The notes beneath the pieces are model-generated. The model was not told where the DNA came from, ran no database searches, and worked only from the letters and a program-made list of their open reading frames with translations. Positions 1 through 12,236 of a stretch of 64,000 nucleotides of DNA are shown one piece after another (position 1 is the stretch's first letter; every line of letters starts with the position of its first letter). The position numbers and the translations under genes are program-made. The stretch spans positions 186,001-250,000 of the forward strand of contig NIVC01001592.1 of the NCBI GenBank assembly GCA_002269645.1, in the 5' to 3' direction. Source of the stretch: Macrostomum lignano. Lineage: Eukaryota.

Positions 1-147
1 TGTCAAATCGGGACTTGAAACTGTCAAATCGGGACTTGAAGCTGTCAAAATGGGACTTGAAGCTGTCAAAATGGGACTTGAAGCTGTCAAATCGGGACTT
101 GAAGCTGTCAAATCGGGACTTGAAGCTGTCAAATCGGGACTTGAAAC
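1..147. repeat. 21-bp tandem minisatellite (TGTCAAATCGGGACTTGAAGC)n, cut by the window start
   Basis: About 7 near-identical 21-bp units read directly; they explain the GLEAVKS-repeat ORF 50..253. Confidence 0.95.
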
Positions 148-324
148 TTCTACTTTATTAAGAATGGACAAAATAATGAACAAACTATTGACAATAATTA
201 AATTAAGCCCTACCACGATCACACAAGTAAGTACATTTTTAAGCAAATATTAAGCTATAAGCATCGGACTTATAATTAGTAGACAAACAGTTTTTGAAAT
301 CTCGACAATTATTACACATCTTTC

Positions 325-524
325 TCATTGGCTATAGGAAGATACCCCAGCAGAATCCTGTCTATGTGTAGAAGATTTAGCCGATTGAGAAACAGGATTA
401 GCAGCAGCTGAAGAGTTGCCGCCACCCAGCTCGCAGCAGCTCTGCCGTACGTGACGAAATCTTGCGCAACAATCAATCAGATTTTGCACAGCCGAGCGAC
501 ACTCCTCCGGGTTGTAGTTGTGAC
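325..524 (-). CDS. CMC4: CMC4 / p8-MTCP1-like twin Cx9C protein, last coding exon
   Basis: Acceptor ttttcaacAG at 526-525, then (R)HNYNPEECRSAVQNLIDCCARFRHVRQSCCEL...stop at 325. It aligns by eye to the C-terminal half of CMC4 (NSYMESKCQAVIQELRKCCAQY); the phase-1 junction matches the exon at 1019-1067. Confidence 0.85.
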
Positions 525-1018
525 CTGTTGAAAAGCTCAAGTACAGCATATAATGCACTAAGTAACTAAGTCGCAACAGTCATGATTATACACAGATACT
601 AGAAAAACTAGATGGGCCACTCAGCACATTTGCGTGTGAACTACTTTCAGTTCAGTAGTAAGTTAAACAGAAGCATTTTAATGTATTTTTAAAGCCAAGG
701 CTCATTTATTGGCTCTTACCCCCAGCTTAAACCCTCAAATCGAGCCTTTCAACACTACCCCCCGCCACCCAATTTTTATTGCCTTTCAGTGGACTGGCTA
801 ATGTACATTATTGCTGAACCAATTAGCAAGCTGCAAGCTGTTTACGCCTGCAAGCTTGGGCTTCTAAACTTATCAAAGTCATTTCAGCTGCCTTTATTTT
901 TTATAAAATAGCTTATGCTACTGAACTGAAAGTAGAAAGCCTTTTTACTAAGCATATATGCCTGAGTGGCTGATCTAGTTATTTTAGTATCTGTGTGATT
1001 ATAAGAAAAGTGGCTTAC

Positions 1019-1067
1019 GCGCCAGACAGTCCTGTATGGCACAGGCAAACTTCTGACAGGGGGACGA
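1019..1067 (-). CDS. CMC4: CMC4-like gene, 49-bp coding exon SSPCQKFACAIQDCLA
   Basis: Acceptor ttttttcAG (1069-1068) and donor GTAAGC (1018-1013). The peptide PCQKFACAIQDCL matches the CMC4 N-terminus PCQKQACEIQKCL and splices in frame to 325..524. Confidence 0.85.
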
Positions 1068-4000
1068 CTGAAAAAATAATTAAAATATAGTACTGACTTT
1101 TGGGATTGTTGTTACTTTTAGTGATAGATACAATAACTAGCATTAGTATTGTTACTAATGAGTAGTATTAGTTCAGACTCCCTATTATAATAAAATAGGA
1201 CAATGCATCAGGGATCAAGTCTACCAGTATACTTATGAAATTTTGAGTGCATATTTGCCAATAGATTGTACACTAGTTGATGATGAGAACAGGCCTATAT
1301 AATACATTCTGATAGACCCATGTGATATACCCTGTGTGATAGGCCTCTATGATACATTCTGTATGATGGACCCATGTGATATACATTGTATGACAGGCCT
1401 ATTTGATACATCCTATATTACAAGCCTATGATAGCCTTTTGCAATATGTTTAGATGACAAGCCTATGTGATGGACAAAAATGATAGTTCTAAATGTGTTT
1501 GCATATAGATATAAACTATGTGCATGCTTAAGGGTTAATTAAAATCAAATAGATATGACTCCTTGCCTCCTTATGGTCATATAGTATAAATAAATAAAAA
1601 TTGCTTCAATTTGTATAATAGTATCTAAAATCTTCCTAAAAGCAAAAATGTACCATCTTGAAATAAAACAATATTATAATAATTATATTTTATACCTTAG
1701 TTAGCATTTTCGGACTTTTTTGGCTTGTCCCTTTTTACTAAAATTAATTGAAAATGCTTCTCCTTGCAAACTACACATGTTTACAATTGTAGTCTATACT
1801 TTATAATAATCTAATTTATCATTCATCAAAGCATAGTTGTTGATATCAATGACTGTAAACTTATTTAATAAATAGAAAATAGACTTAATTCATTATTAAT
1901 ATGTTTATATTTAATAGAAAAAGAGTATAGGCTAATTCAAAAGGTTTATTTATTATATAGGCCTACTATATTTAGGAATTTTACTACATTTTTCAGATAT
2001 AAAAGTTGGCTAAAATTGCAATTATATAAGGCTGTATGACTCAATTTCGCAAAATCTCAAATGGTTAGGCCTACTATTCTGTTGGTTTTTGCAGTGGCAC
2101 AATAATAAATTTTAAATTCTGTGATGGCCAAGGGAGATTGCAGTTGCAATGTTTTAAAGACTGAATTGAAGACCCCAAATGGGGGCAAGCTGAACTTTGG
2201 TCCAAATTTGCTTGGTATCTCCTGCATAGTTAGGTTGAGCCACTGCTCTTTGCTCACAAAATTGTTTTTTTAGTACTAGGCCGATTTTACTTTACTAATG
2301 GTTAGGCTACAAATTCTACAATATAACAATCGACTGTTCATTAAGTCAGCAGTTATAATATATTAAGCAGTCAATGATTTGTAACTGTATAAACAACAAA
2401 ACTACACGTCTTAAGCGTTTCGAACTTGTAAAGTGCAACAGGTATTTTCAGAAATTAGGTAAGTAAATTAAATTCTGCATTCATTCCTTGATACATTATT
2501 TATAAAGTGGTCGAAAAAGAAGGCTAATATTTTTTATTTAAACATTAACACCTACAACTGAAATAAAGATGTTCTACAAATACAACGATTTAAAAATATT
2601 TAATTATAACATCAGAAAGCTTAACTGTTGTTTTCAAAACAATTCGTGTTTTAATAAGCAAACCATTACTTTTTCTTTGTTTAAACGTGAAGAAGCATGT
2701 AACTTGCTCTCGGACTTCGATATGCTGTACGAAGTGTACGCCCATGCATACATAATAGGCCCTGTAGCCTGTAGGGTTTCTAACTACGTCTCCTACATAG
2801 ATGCGATGTAGATTTTTATGTCACGTCCAAACTGTAGCGTGTGTGGCGTGTGCATGTGTGGCCCAGCGATTCTCTCAGCTCCTGGCCTATTATGACCGCT
2901 CTGCGCATGTATGGCCAACAGCCCCTCTTGCACTGTACTATAACATACACGATCTGTACTCGGTACAGACTACAAACAGACCACATTCCAAAATATTGCA
3001 CGCTTAAATACACGCATTCGCTAGAGATGCACGGTACTCGCTGCAAAAACTCGCTACGAAGACTATGACTATAAAAGACTACTACATCTGTAAGCTCACC
3101 ATGGCATAAGCGCGCTTTGGGGAATATTAGTAGCTAGCGCACTAGCATATAGGCACGCACTGATCGCATAAACGCGCAGACGCAAAGTTTTAGAAGTGCA
3201 AAATGGCGAAGGCGCACCCAGATACAAATACATGTACATGTATTGATTGCATGGAGTATAATTTTTGCCAATCCAATGCTCACCGCCGGAAATCGCTCGA
3301 TCGAGTCTCCTTGTTAAACAGCTGGCATGGAAAATCACTAAATTTTGCTGCTTGCTGCTTCAGCGTATAGCTTTGAGTAAAAAAACGTTCTTCTCCTTTG
3401 GGAGTAACATCGTGACTGTGCCCAACGACCCTTAGAAGACCGCCTTGTCAACAACGCGTCCTAAGAAACCTTTATTTGTGCAAACGGTAACTCACAGAAG
3501 AGTTCCACTATCGGACTTTCTGTACAACATAGTCGCCGTAGGTCGATCCGACTCGTCTTCATTCGATAGGCTCCCTTGCTTCTTGCGCTCTTGTGCCACC
3601 TAGCTCTAACCAAAAATTGCGCGCCTATGCAAGTAGCTCGAGTTCATATCACTTCGCAGATGCTCTGTGAAGTGATGATGAAGTGTGAAGTGCAGATACC
3701 AGCTGTGCGTGGCAATGCCTGCGCGCGCCAACGCAATTAAATCGCTTTTACATGATGTTATGTCGATGTGCATTGGTGCAAATGCGCTCCTATGACAGGG
3801 TAACGCTTCGGAAGGCCCCCGCGAATTGCCTTCGAATATACCCCCTGGAACAACTCCACCTTCTGGCCGATCGGACTAACCAGCTCGAAGAATGTACGAG
3901 GGTTAGTGCACTTTGGGTGCACTCGTACCTCCGTACAGCTACTTGCATATGTTTAGCTAGGTACATGTTTATACGAGCATATACATAATGCGTGCTTGGG

Positions 4001-4234
4001 AACGTGTTGTACATGCAGTACATGTATATCCATGCAGAATGTACGAGCGTACTTTATAGAAGCCTCTTATATGGAGACCTATAGCTTCTGTGCGAAAACC
4101 ACGCAGCATCCAAACGTCGATAGACTCGATAAACAAGCTCAACGTCGATTTCTCGATTTCTGTATAGCTACGGGCAAGGAGTGCGTTGGCAGAGCAGCGA
4201 ATCCGGTCAAATGCAAGCTGTCTGGTGGATGCTT

Positions 4235-4668
4235 TGCTATCCTGGGGGATGCTTGCTGTCTGGGGGATGCTTGCTGTCTAGGGGATGCTTCTGTCTGGGG
4301 GATGCTTGCTGTCTGGGGGATGCTTCTTGCTATCTGGGAGATGCATGCTATCTGGGGAATGCTTGCTGTCTAGGGGATGCTTGCTGTCTGGGGGATGCTT
4401 GCTATATGGGGGTGCTTTCGTCTTGTGGGGAATGCCTGCTATTTTTGTGAAGGCTAATTTTGTTGTGTACTTCTATGACTTTTATAAAGAAGAGATTCAT
4501 AGCAAACATCTTTGTCCATGACGATTTTACTCGAATAAGGTAATTTATAAAACTGAAGAAGGCATCGGTCCTCAAGAAAATGTGCTTTTTTAATGGATTT
4601 GCGTGAATAATATTTGCTCCTTGTATATTGGGCGCCCCTCAGTCTTGTTTTTTGGGTTGGGTGCACTA
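4235..4668. repeat. Dispersed repeat with degenerate ~17-bp GGGGATGCTTGCTGTCT units and an AT-rich tail; relative of the 3' end of the Helitron-like insertion (34815-35320)
   Basis: Same 17-mer units and a clearly homologous downstream tract (aagagattcatagcaaa...gtccatgac...aagaaaatgtgcttttt...attgggcgcccc...gcacta) at both places. Confidence 0.7.
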
Positions 4669-4993
4669 CATGTACATGTAGCCAGCCAGCCAGACCAAAA
4701 TGCTCTAAGCCGAGGTACAGACTTTATAGCCTCACCTCTGATTGGGCAACACCTCGCCCCTCCGCTCTCTAAAATGTAAAATCTAAGTAAATCGCGTCAC
4801 TTCTCTTCCCTTTACTCAACTTGGCCTTGCCCAATATATGCGCCCAAAATAGTGCATTCCTTTATTTACGAGCGTATTGCTGACTGCATGTACGCATCGT
4901 TCAATAAATTGCTCGTGTTACTAGTGTAGTACTCGTGTATGCACTATATTAAAGAAATTGTAGAATCGATCGGCAATCAGTGGCTGGCAGTGA

Positions 4994-5431
4994 CAGTGTT
5001 GCAGAAGTTGCAGCATGATAATTGACTAAATAATATCATTTTTATGATAATTACTAATTACTAACTAATTGATAAAGTATATATGGCGCAGGCAGTTTAA
5101 AAACTGTTTTTTTTAAAGTTCTAAAAACTAATTTTAAGGACGAAAGTATTGATTTATTTCAGCTTCATTGACCTAGAAGTGAAGGATTTATCATTACTTT
5201 CTGTACAATTAGGCAACTTTTTCATTCATTTTAACGAAATTTTTATTGTTCGCAGGCTCAAAATTTTAAAAGTATCGGACTATCGGACTATCGGGAAAAT
5301 TTGAAAACTGTATCGGAAGTTACCGAAGTTCGATACCGTCAAAAAAAGTATCGGTTTCCGATACTCCGATACCCAAAAGGTATCGCCGATAGTATCGGAG
5401 TATCGGAGTATCGGAATTGTGCCCAACACTG
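4994..5431. mobile_element. Possible hAT-type MITE remnant (CAGTGTTG termini, TATCGG/CCGATA subterminal repeats)
   Basis: CAGTGTTG at 4994 and its reverse complement ending at 5431; dense tatcgg/ccgata motifs at 5273-5415. No TSD found. Confidence 0.35.
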
Positions 5432-7032
5432 ATTGCTAGTGCTTGGCTAAAGCGATAGATAGAATAACTTTACCCCCTACATGTAGTGCCAAAAGAGTAC
5501 GTAAAAGCAGTTTTGCGAGAGATTTTCGCCCCACCCCAGTTTTGGCAAAGTTTACGGATGTTTAACTCTGCACAAGTTAACTGTTCACAGGATTGTGGAT
5601 GCTAGCCTATACGCCTGAAAATCCAATCAAACAGATTATACGAACTACAGGTATCTTTTCCTTGCTGCTACCGAAGATATCGACATTCCAAGCAAGTTTC
5701 GGCCAAATTTCTGCGATCCCGTCTCTTTAGTGTAATTTTTCAGCTAGCCTTTGCTAAAAATCGAAAAATTCTACCTTTCTATAGTAAAAGCAGATTGACT
5801 TCCTGCGGCTTTGGTAGCACACAAGAAATGCCATTTAAACTTAAGATCTTAAAATACTCCAAAACTGGCTTCTCCGATCCGCATACCTTCATGAGGAATA
5901 AAATTAGATCAATGGTGCTAATTTTAACTGACTTACGGTCAAAATCATCCAATAGATGTAAACAGTTTATCAGCTTCAATGATATATCAAAACCTTCATC
6001 GCGATCGCATTTGGATTGCAGTTAGACACACATCTTATACTGCTAATTCATACCTTTGTGCTGTAGGCTACTGCATAGTAACTAACCTGAAACCTGATAA
6101 ATAATGAATCTACGGAAAATGTTTTTCCTCGGAGTGAGCCTCTTGGGTGAGTACTGCGAACAGCCATGCAGTTGACATGCACAATATTACGTTGTGGGAA
6201 ATTAATGAGACCAGCCCGACGTACCCGTGTGGTATTTTAGGGCGGTACATGTACATATATATGTCTCCAAGACTTAAAGGGTCAATCGCGCATATTTTAA
6301 AGGTTTTTAAATCTACATGTTTAACTTTTTCATCCTCTGGAAGGTGCGGAATGAACCGTTTATGGAGCTTCTGCTACAATGGCGGTCTCTTTTTGACGTC
6401 TCTTTAAGAGTACATATAGCCCGTCCATGGGGCGTCGCCATGGACTTTATGGTGGGGCGGACAACGCAAAGAATTCTACATGTACATGACGTCTACATGT
6501 TCCTGATTCCAGCATGCATACATTATTTTGAGAATTGGTGTTGTTAGCGCTCATTCCGGCGCCGCAGACAGGCACTCATTTTGTCGCCACAAGCGCTATT
6601 TTTAAACAAAATTATTGATTTCACAACGGGTCACAAGGCCGGTGGGTTTAGGGCTTAGGCAAAGCATTGGGGAATGTTCTCCCATAGTTTTTACGGGGGG
6701 GGCGGGCGGCATGTCAACGTGATGCCTCTGTATGTAAACGTGGCCGTTCTGACGTATGCTCGTACATGTACGTACATGTATGTACACCAGCCACTGAAGC
6801 GTACGTCACTAGAACCCCTCGAGCTGGTGGCTTTTTTACCTGAGTGCGTTCTATAGACGCAACGAATAGCCTAAAGCTCTGTAATGTAGGTCATTTTAGC
6901 TTGCCAGAGAAGCGTAGTTAAGTTAAATCAATATTTTTCGTCGGTTTGAAACAGTTTCCAGCGGTTAAATTTTTTGAATCCAATGAAATTTTAAGCTTTC
7001 AAAAGCGTACCTGGAAGTTGGAGTTCATTTGT

Positions 7033-7105
7033 GGAGGGGCAGCCTAGAGGTCTAACGCGGCGCTCTGATGTGCCAGCGGCCCAGGCTCGATTCCTAGTGC
7101 AGTCA
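7033..7105 (+). mobile_element. tRNA-derived SINE-like head (degenerate Pol III A and B boxes)
   Basis: A-box-like cagcctagaggtctaacgcg and B-box-like ggctcgattcc at tRNA-like spacing; I could not build a convincing cloverleaf, so it is not called a tRNA. Confidence 0.35.
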
Positions 7106-8083
7106 AATTAATTTGGGGCTAAATTGGACTCTCGGCTTGGCTCTGCACGTGCAATTAACGCCCTTGAGGGCCAACCACCGGTTGTTACTGTAAAGAGTGG
7201 CTGTAGCCGGATCTACAGTAATTGACTAATATGCCGCCCACCTATGCTCCTACATCGCATTGCAGTGCTAGAAGCTGCAATTACATGCAATGGCGAGTCT
7301 ACTCGTACGTCAACAGCCACGTCACCGTCCCACTCAACGTCGCCACCACCGGCAGAGATGACTACAAAGAGCGGTGGCAGCATCGTCTTCAAGAATGTGC
7401 TGCTAGCTCCCGACTGTTGGACTGTAGGACTGGCTGTGCAGATGGCCGGCTTTTATGTCGGCCTGCTGCTGGCTTTCAGCAGTTTTCAACTGCAGCTGAT
7501 GATGTAACTCTGCATGAGACACTGCAGGGCTGCGTAGCAATTACATTCAACAACCTTGGCTTGGCTAGTTATATATTTAGCTATCGCGCATTGGATGATA
7601 CGAGCTGTACCTTTTTTAACTTTATCAATGGTTCTATAGCCAGCATAATTCAAGAAATTAATTGACTGCACGAATACATGCATACAGTGAGCCTTCAGCT
7701 AAATTAGCAACAATCGGGACGTTCAGTTATCACTTGACAAACTTGTAAGCACAGATATTGCAATAGTAATTAACTCGCTGAACAAAGTATAAATTACAAG
7801 TCCAAATATAGTTTCTCAGTCCAGATCGAAATTTTAATCGATATATTTACTCTGCGAAACATAACATACATGCGAAACCAGCCAATTTAAATACGCATTC
7901 TAATCAGAAGGTCCCCAGACGTTTACTCCGCAGTCGGTTTCATTTGGGCCATTTAGACGACCCATTCCCTGAAAACGAATTATGCATACAAGCCATTCTA
8001 GCGAGTGATTTGGAGTCACATCACAAGCTTGAAAAGTCACATCGTCGAAAAAGTTTAGCAACCACCATATCACAAGCTCGAAA

Positions 8084-8122
8084 AGGGTTAGGGTTAGGGT
8101 TAGGGTTTGGGGTTAGGTTTAG
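8084..8122 (+). repeat. Short interstitial (TTAGGG)-like tract inside an imperfect palindrome (atcacaagctcgaaaa ... tttttgagcttgtgat)
   Basis: agggttagggttagggttagggtttggggttaggtttag, flanked by inverted tcacaagct/agcttgtga arms. Confidence 0.7.
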
Positions 8123-8896
8123 AGCTTGTGCCTTTTTGAGCTTGTGATGGCGACCCGTGATTTTTAAACAAAGCTAGGCTTTGAACTTTGAATTTCCAAT
8201 TTCTAACTTTAGTAGTCCGAAACGTGCGAACGTGTATTCAGAAACTGGCATCATCACAGACATCCGTTGCATGGTTAGGTAAATTGCATGCATCATTCTA
8301 ACATGATTTCTATCAGTCTGGATCTGTTTATTGCTACGGCCTAGCTAAAAATTTTGTTTTTTAATTCTATCAATTTCCATCGATTCGTCAATTAGTTACG
8401 AGCTAATTTGATTTTGGGAAAACCTCGTCAATGCTCTGCTACCTAAAAATATACTGACCGTATGCATTGTACTGGCATGTACTGTAGGTACAGTAAGTTT
8501 ATCAAAAATGCTTAAATGAAGAGACTGTATTTTAAGCGAAGCAATTAATTCTTTGTTGAGTAGTCAAAGGTAGAAGTCAGTAGTTAGATAAGTGCTGCAG
8601 ATATTTGCATGGTCATCGAAGCACAATGAGTCACAAATTTATTTATGACATAAAAAATCAAATTTAGCTACTGCGATCCATAATTTTAAGTCGGAACGAA
8701 GTTAATTAAATTTTCAGAGCATTTTCATCCTACTCTACTAAGCAGTAAAATTAATAGAAAGTTGTATGTACCTTAGTCATTAAGTTATAGTTCTTACACG
8801 TACATGTATAAGAAGAAATTTTGGGAAATTTAGTCGCGAAGTTTTTTCTACAGCCATTTTTAAACGAATTTGAAGAAATGATAAAGTATCTAATTA

Positions 8897-9271
8897 AGGG
8901 TCTCCCTAAAACACACCCGCACCGCCCCGCGGGTGGTCCAAAACAAATTGGACTATAATTGAAGACACGTTTTCTGTTAAGCTTTAAGTTTTTATTAAAT
9001 CTAGTTTTTTTACTTTGAAATATAAAATTCGGTGAATAATAAGTAATATTAATAGTAATACTAATAAAACAATATTAATATAATTTAATAATGAAAACGA
9101 TAATATGAGCTATGAAAACTAATAATAATATTTAAAATAGTAACTAAAGTAATTTATTGCATTACTCCTATACAACAAATAGTTTTCTCTGCAATCAAAT
9201 ACTGCATTGATAAAAAATGTTATAATGTGTAGCGGTTCGGGGTGGTGCGGTACGTGTTTTAGGGAGACCCT
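8897..9271. mobile_element. MITE, ~375 bp, with 18-bp perfect TIRs (AGGGTCTCCCTAAAACAC) and an AT-rich interior
   Basis: Left agggtctccctaaaacac(acccgcacc); right (ggtgcggtac)gtgttttagggagaccct. No clear TSD, so superfamily is unassigned. Confidence 0.75.
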
Positions 9272-10764
9272 CTGTAGAGATCTTCAAACACAGTAGCCTA
9301 CTAAAAGTAGTAACATAAAGTTATGAATACAAATTTAAAAATAGCTATGTGTCATACTCTATTTTTAGTAATACCAGTAATATCACGTAAATAGCGAGTG
9401 GCTATGCTATTGTTCGAAAAACCGGTTCTCGACATCTATTTTTAGAACTTCCAAATACGGTAAATGTTAACCTGAATGTAACCCAAGTCTCACCCCTTTC
9501 TATTCAAAAACCCCACCTGTCAAATAATAAATTCCTTTCGTGAACTCATCAAAAAAACCGGTTTTGAGCTCAAGGTCGACTCAAGGCCGATAAATTGTGT
9601 ATAAATACAAACGCAAAATCCGAGCTGAAATCTCAGACTCGGAGCAGCCTCCAAAGATCTTGGGCTTTGCAAGAGCAGCCAACGAGGCTATATCTCTGAG
9701 GAAGAGATAAATACCAATTGGTAAGCTTCGTTCAAGTCTTCGTTATTTTGATTATTGAGAGCGATTGTTATTGCCGGCCGTTACTGTTCAGTTAATTTCA
9801 TTGAGTCTACTGAGTTTGAGGCCTCCCTTTTCCTAAGGGATTGGATAGGATCTGCGGACCGATTCCGATACCCTTAGAGGATTATTGATTTGATTGATTT
9901 TGTTATCCTAGATTAACCGATAGGAGCACACGACTCCGATTCCGTTAGTTCTAGAAGAAGACGCCCTTTCTGGAGGACCTCGTATTGTAGATTTGGTTAT
10001 TAGGGCGCATCGTTGATATTGATTTCGGCACTCGAGAAATATATTGAATTCTGCACTCGAGGAAATACTGCGACGTCGATTTAATTGTTACGCTCTCACT
10101 TTCGGCCGATTCTAGACTTCAAGAAGACTACCCCGGGAGGAAGTTGCATGCAAGGCGGGTACAGCACGCCTGTGTAGCATGAGACAGACTAGGCCTACGG
10201 GCTAAGGTCACTACGTAATGTGCAGATTGCGATCCTACACACCTGCACCCCCTCTATTCTGGTGCAGGAATGGCAGGAGAACTCTCTCCAAGCTGACTCG
10301 CAAGCCGACCCAGGGGTTCACGCCCCGCATGTGTTCAAGGCAGCCCTAGGGCTGCTGGACTGACTGGGCTCCGGCGGCGGCAACCCATCCGTGGCCTTTT
10401 GGCCAAGTTGGGTACGGGCTCCGCCCGGAAGTGAACCTGTGCGTATCAGGTACCTCTGGCCACGGCTCTGAGGAACAGGTACCACCCTCTGACCTTAACA
10501 GGGTATGCGGCCAGTCCGCAGGCTCCGGAGGCAGTCCTCCTGCTTCCCTCAAGGGCCCAGTGTAGTACCGTGCTGTTGGTCCTTTGGTTCGGCCTCTGGT
10601 TTTTCCAAGCCGGGCTCTTAGCCGGGGAGTTTCTCGGTTGCTAGCGGTCGGGCCGGTACGGGCTTAAGCCACCCCCGGTCGCTACCTCTTGGCCTGGTTG
10701 TTGGGTTTGGGGTTACGGCCCAGCGGCTTCTCACCTTCAGTCCCCACTCGCCTTTCGGCGACTC

Positions 10765-12236
10765 ATGGAGTATTCTTTTACCTCCGACACGTCCGAGGCT
10801 GCTGGAGCACCAACCGAGGTTAGCACCGCGGCCCAGCCGGACATTCGCAACACCGGAACCCCCGGTGCCTCTCAATCTGCCGCTGCCGCCGCTCAGGATA
10901 ATACCGGAGTGGCTGGACAAGACAGCGGACCTCAGATTTCAAAAAGAAGGCCCGTAGCATTGCTCGCTACAAAGCCTTTCTCCAGCGCAAAGCGGAGGAA
11001 CGGAGGAATGCGAAAGCCGCCCCTCCGGCCACCTCTGAGGAGGGTGCCGGTAACTCTGCGAACCCCGCGGAGGAGCCGACATCCGACAAGGGGGTGGACC
11101 CCGTGCGCCGGTCTGATGCGTCAGGTGCCGCCGAAGCTCCTGGTGCGGCTGGCCCCTCCCGTGACCGGACCTCTGCCCGTGTGGAAGCTCCCACGGCCGT
11201 GGAGGGATCCAAAGCGGGGGGCGCTGGCCAAACCACAAAGCCGAAGTGAACCTACGCGGCTATGGCCAAAAGGCAGCCGGCCCTGGTTATCCAAGGCCAG
11301 GAGACGCCTCTTACGGCCGAACAGCTCGACCTTATCTGGCGCAGGTTGGACTCCCACCTGGTCAAGATGGCCTTGAGCGGCACTACTATTCGAGTCCAAA
11401 AGACGAAAGTCGAGGACCAGGCCCTCTATATCCAGCCCACCGACAGCCAGTCAGGACAGCAGCTCCTCGAGCTGCTGAAAACCTTCGACTGGGGTACGGA
11501 GCTGGAGAACCTGTTCATCTACAGGGAGGACGAGCGACCCCGGACACACCGGCACCGTGCCTGGATCCCGGCTCGCAGCTGCATCACCAAGGCCGACGAG
11601 CTGCGTCACCTGCTAGTGGCTTCCAACCCGGAGCTACCGGCCAACGGTGTCGTAGTTCACGAGACCATCTCCAAGCCGGGCGGAGACGGTTTCACGGCTA
11701 TTCTTGGACTGTCGGATAGCTGGATGCTCCGCTACCCGGACATGTCCATCATCTCTGTCGGGCTGTTGCAGATTCAGCTCTTTAGCTTTGAGTCTGACGC
11801 CACCCGCCCACCGCCCCCGGAGAAGCGTAAGCGGGCAGTCGGGGGCTCTGCCGGGCGGAAACGCCCAGGAAAAGAAGCTCCCGGTCGTCACGACCCCTCC
11901 GAGGACGTGGACCCTGTCAGAGGGAAAGCCGCGAAAGCTGCAGCAACAGGCGGACGTGGAAAGGGCCGGAAACCCGCCCGGAACACTATCCGCTCTGGTC
12001 TGACTCAGCGCGCGAAGCAGCTGCTGGACACCGCCAAGGCCCCCAACCGCAGCCACCCCCAGCCCAGTGTCACCACTGCGGCCCCCCCCCCGGAAAACCG
12101 GGCCGAGAGCGAGAATGCCGCCCAGGTAGCGACCTCGCCCTCGACCATGGAATCCATCCGGGAGGAGCCCATGGAGCTGGAGCCTGGAGCTATCGGCGAG
12201 GCAGAAGAGGCAGCTCTCCTGCACAACTCGCCTTGA
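10765..12236 (+). pseudogene. LINE ORF1 (gag-like), disrupted in its 5' part
   Basis: The 324-aa frame 11262..12236 extends upstream through an in-frame TGA (PK*TYAAMAK) into an Ala/Pro/Gly-rich region, with a probable frame change near 10900-10960. It lies immediately before ORF2 and its stop overlaps the ORF2 start. Confidence 0.6.

Noticed and set aside
5640-6025. Moderately protein-like ORFs on both strands
   Set aside because: No motif recognised and the frames are interrupted by stops.
7222-7683. Overlapping ORFs with a hydrophobic segment (WTVGLAVQMAGFYVGLLLAFSS)
   Set aside because: No recognisable family and no consistent splice structure; could be a decayed fragment but is unsupported.
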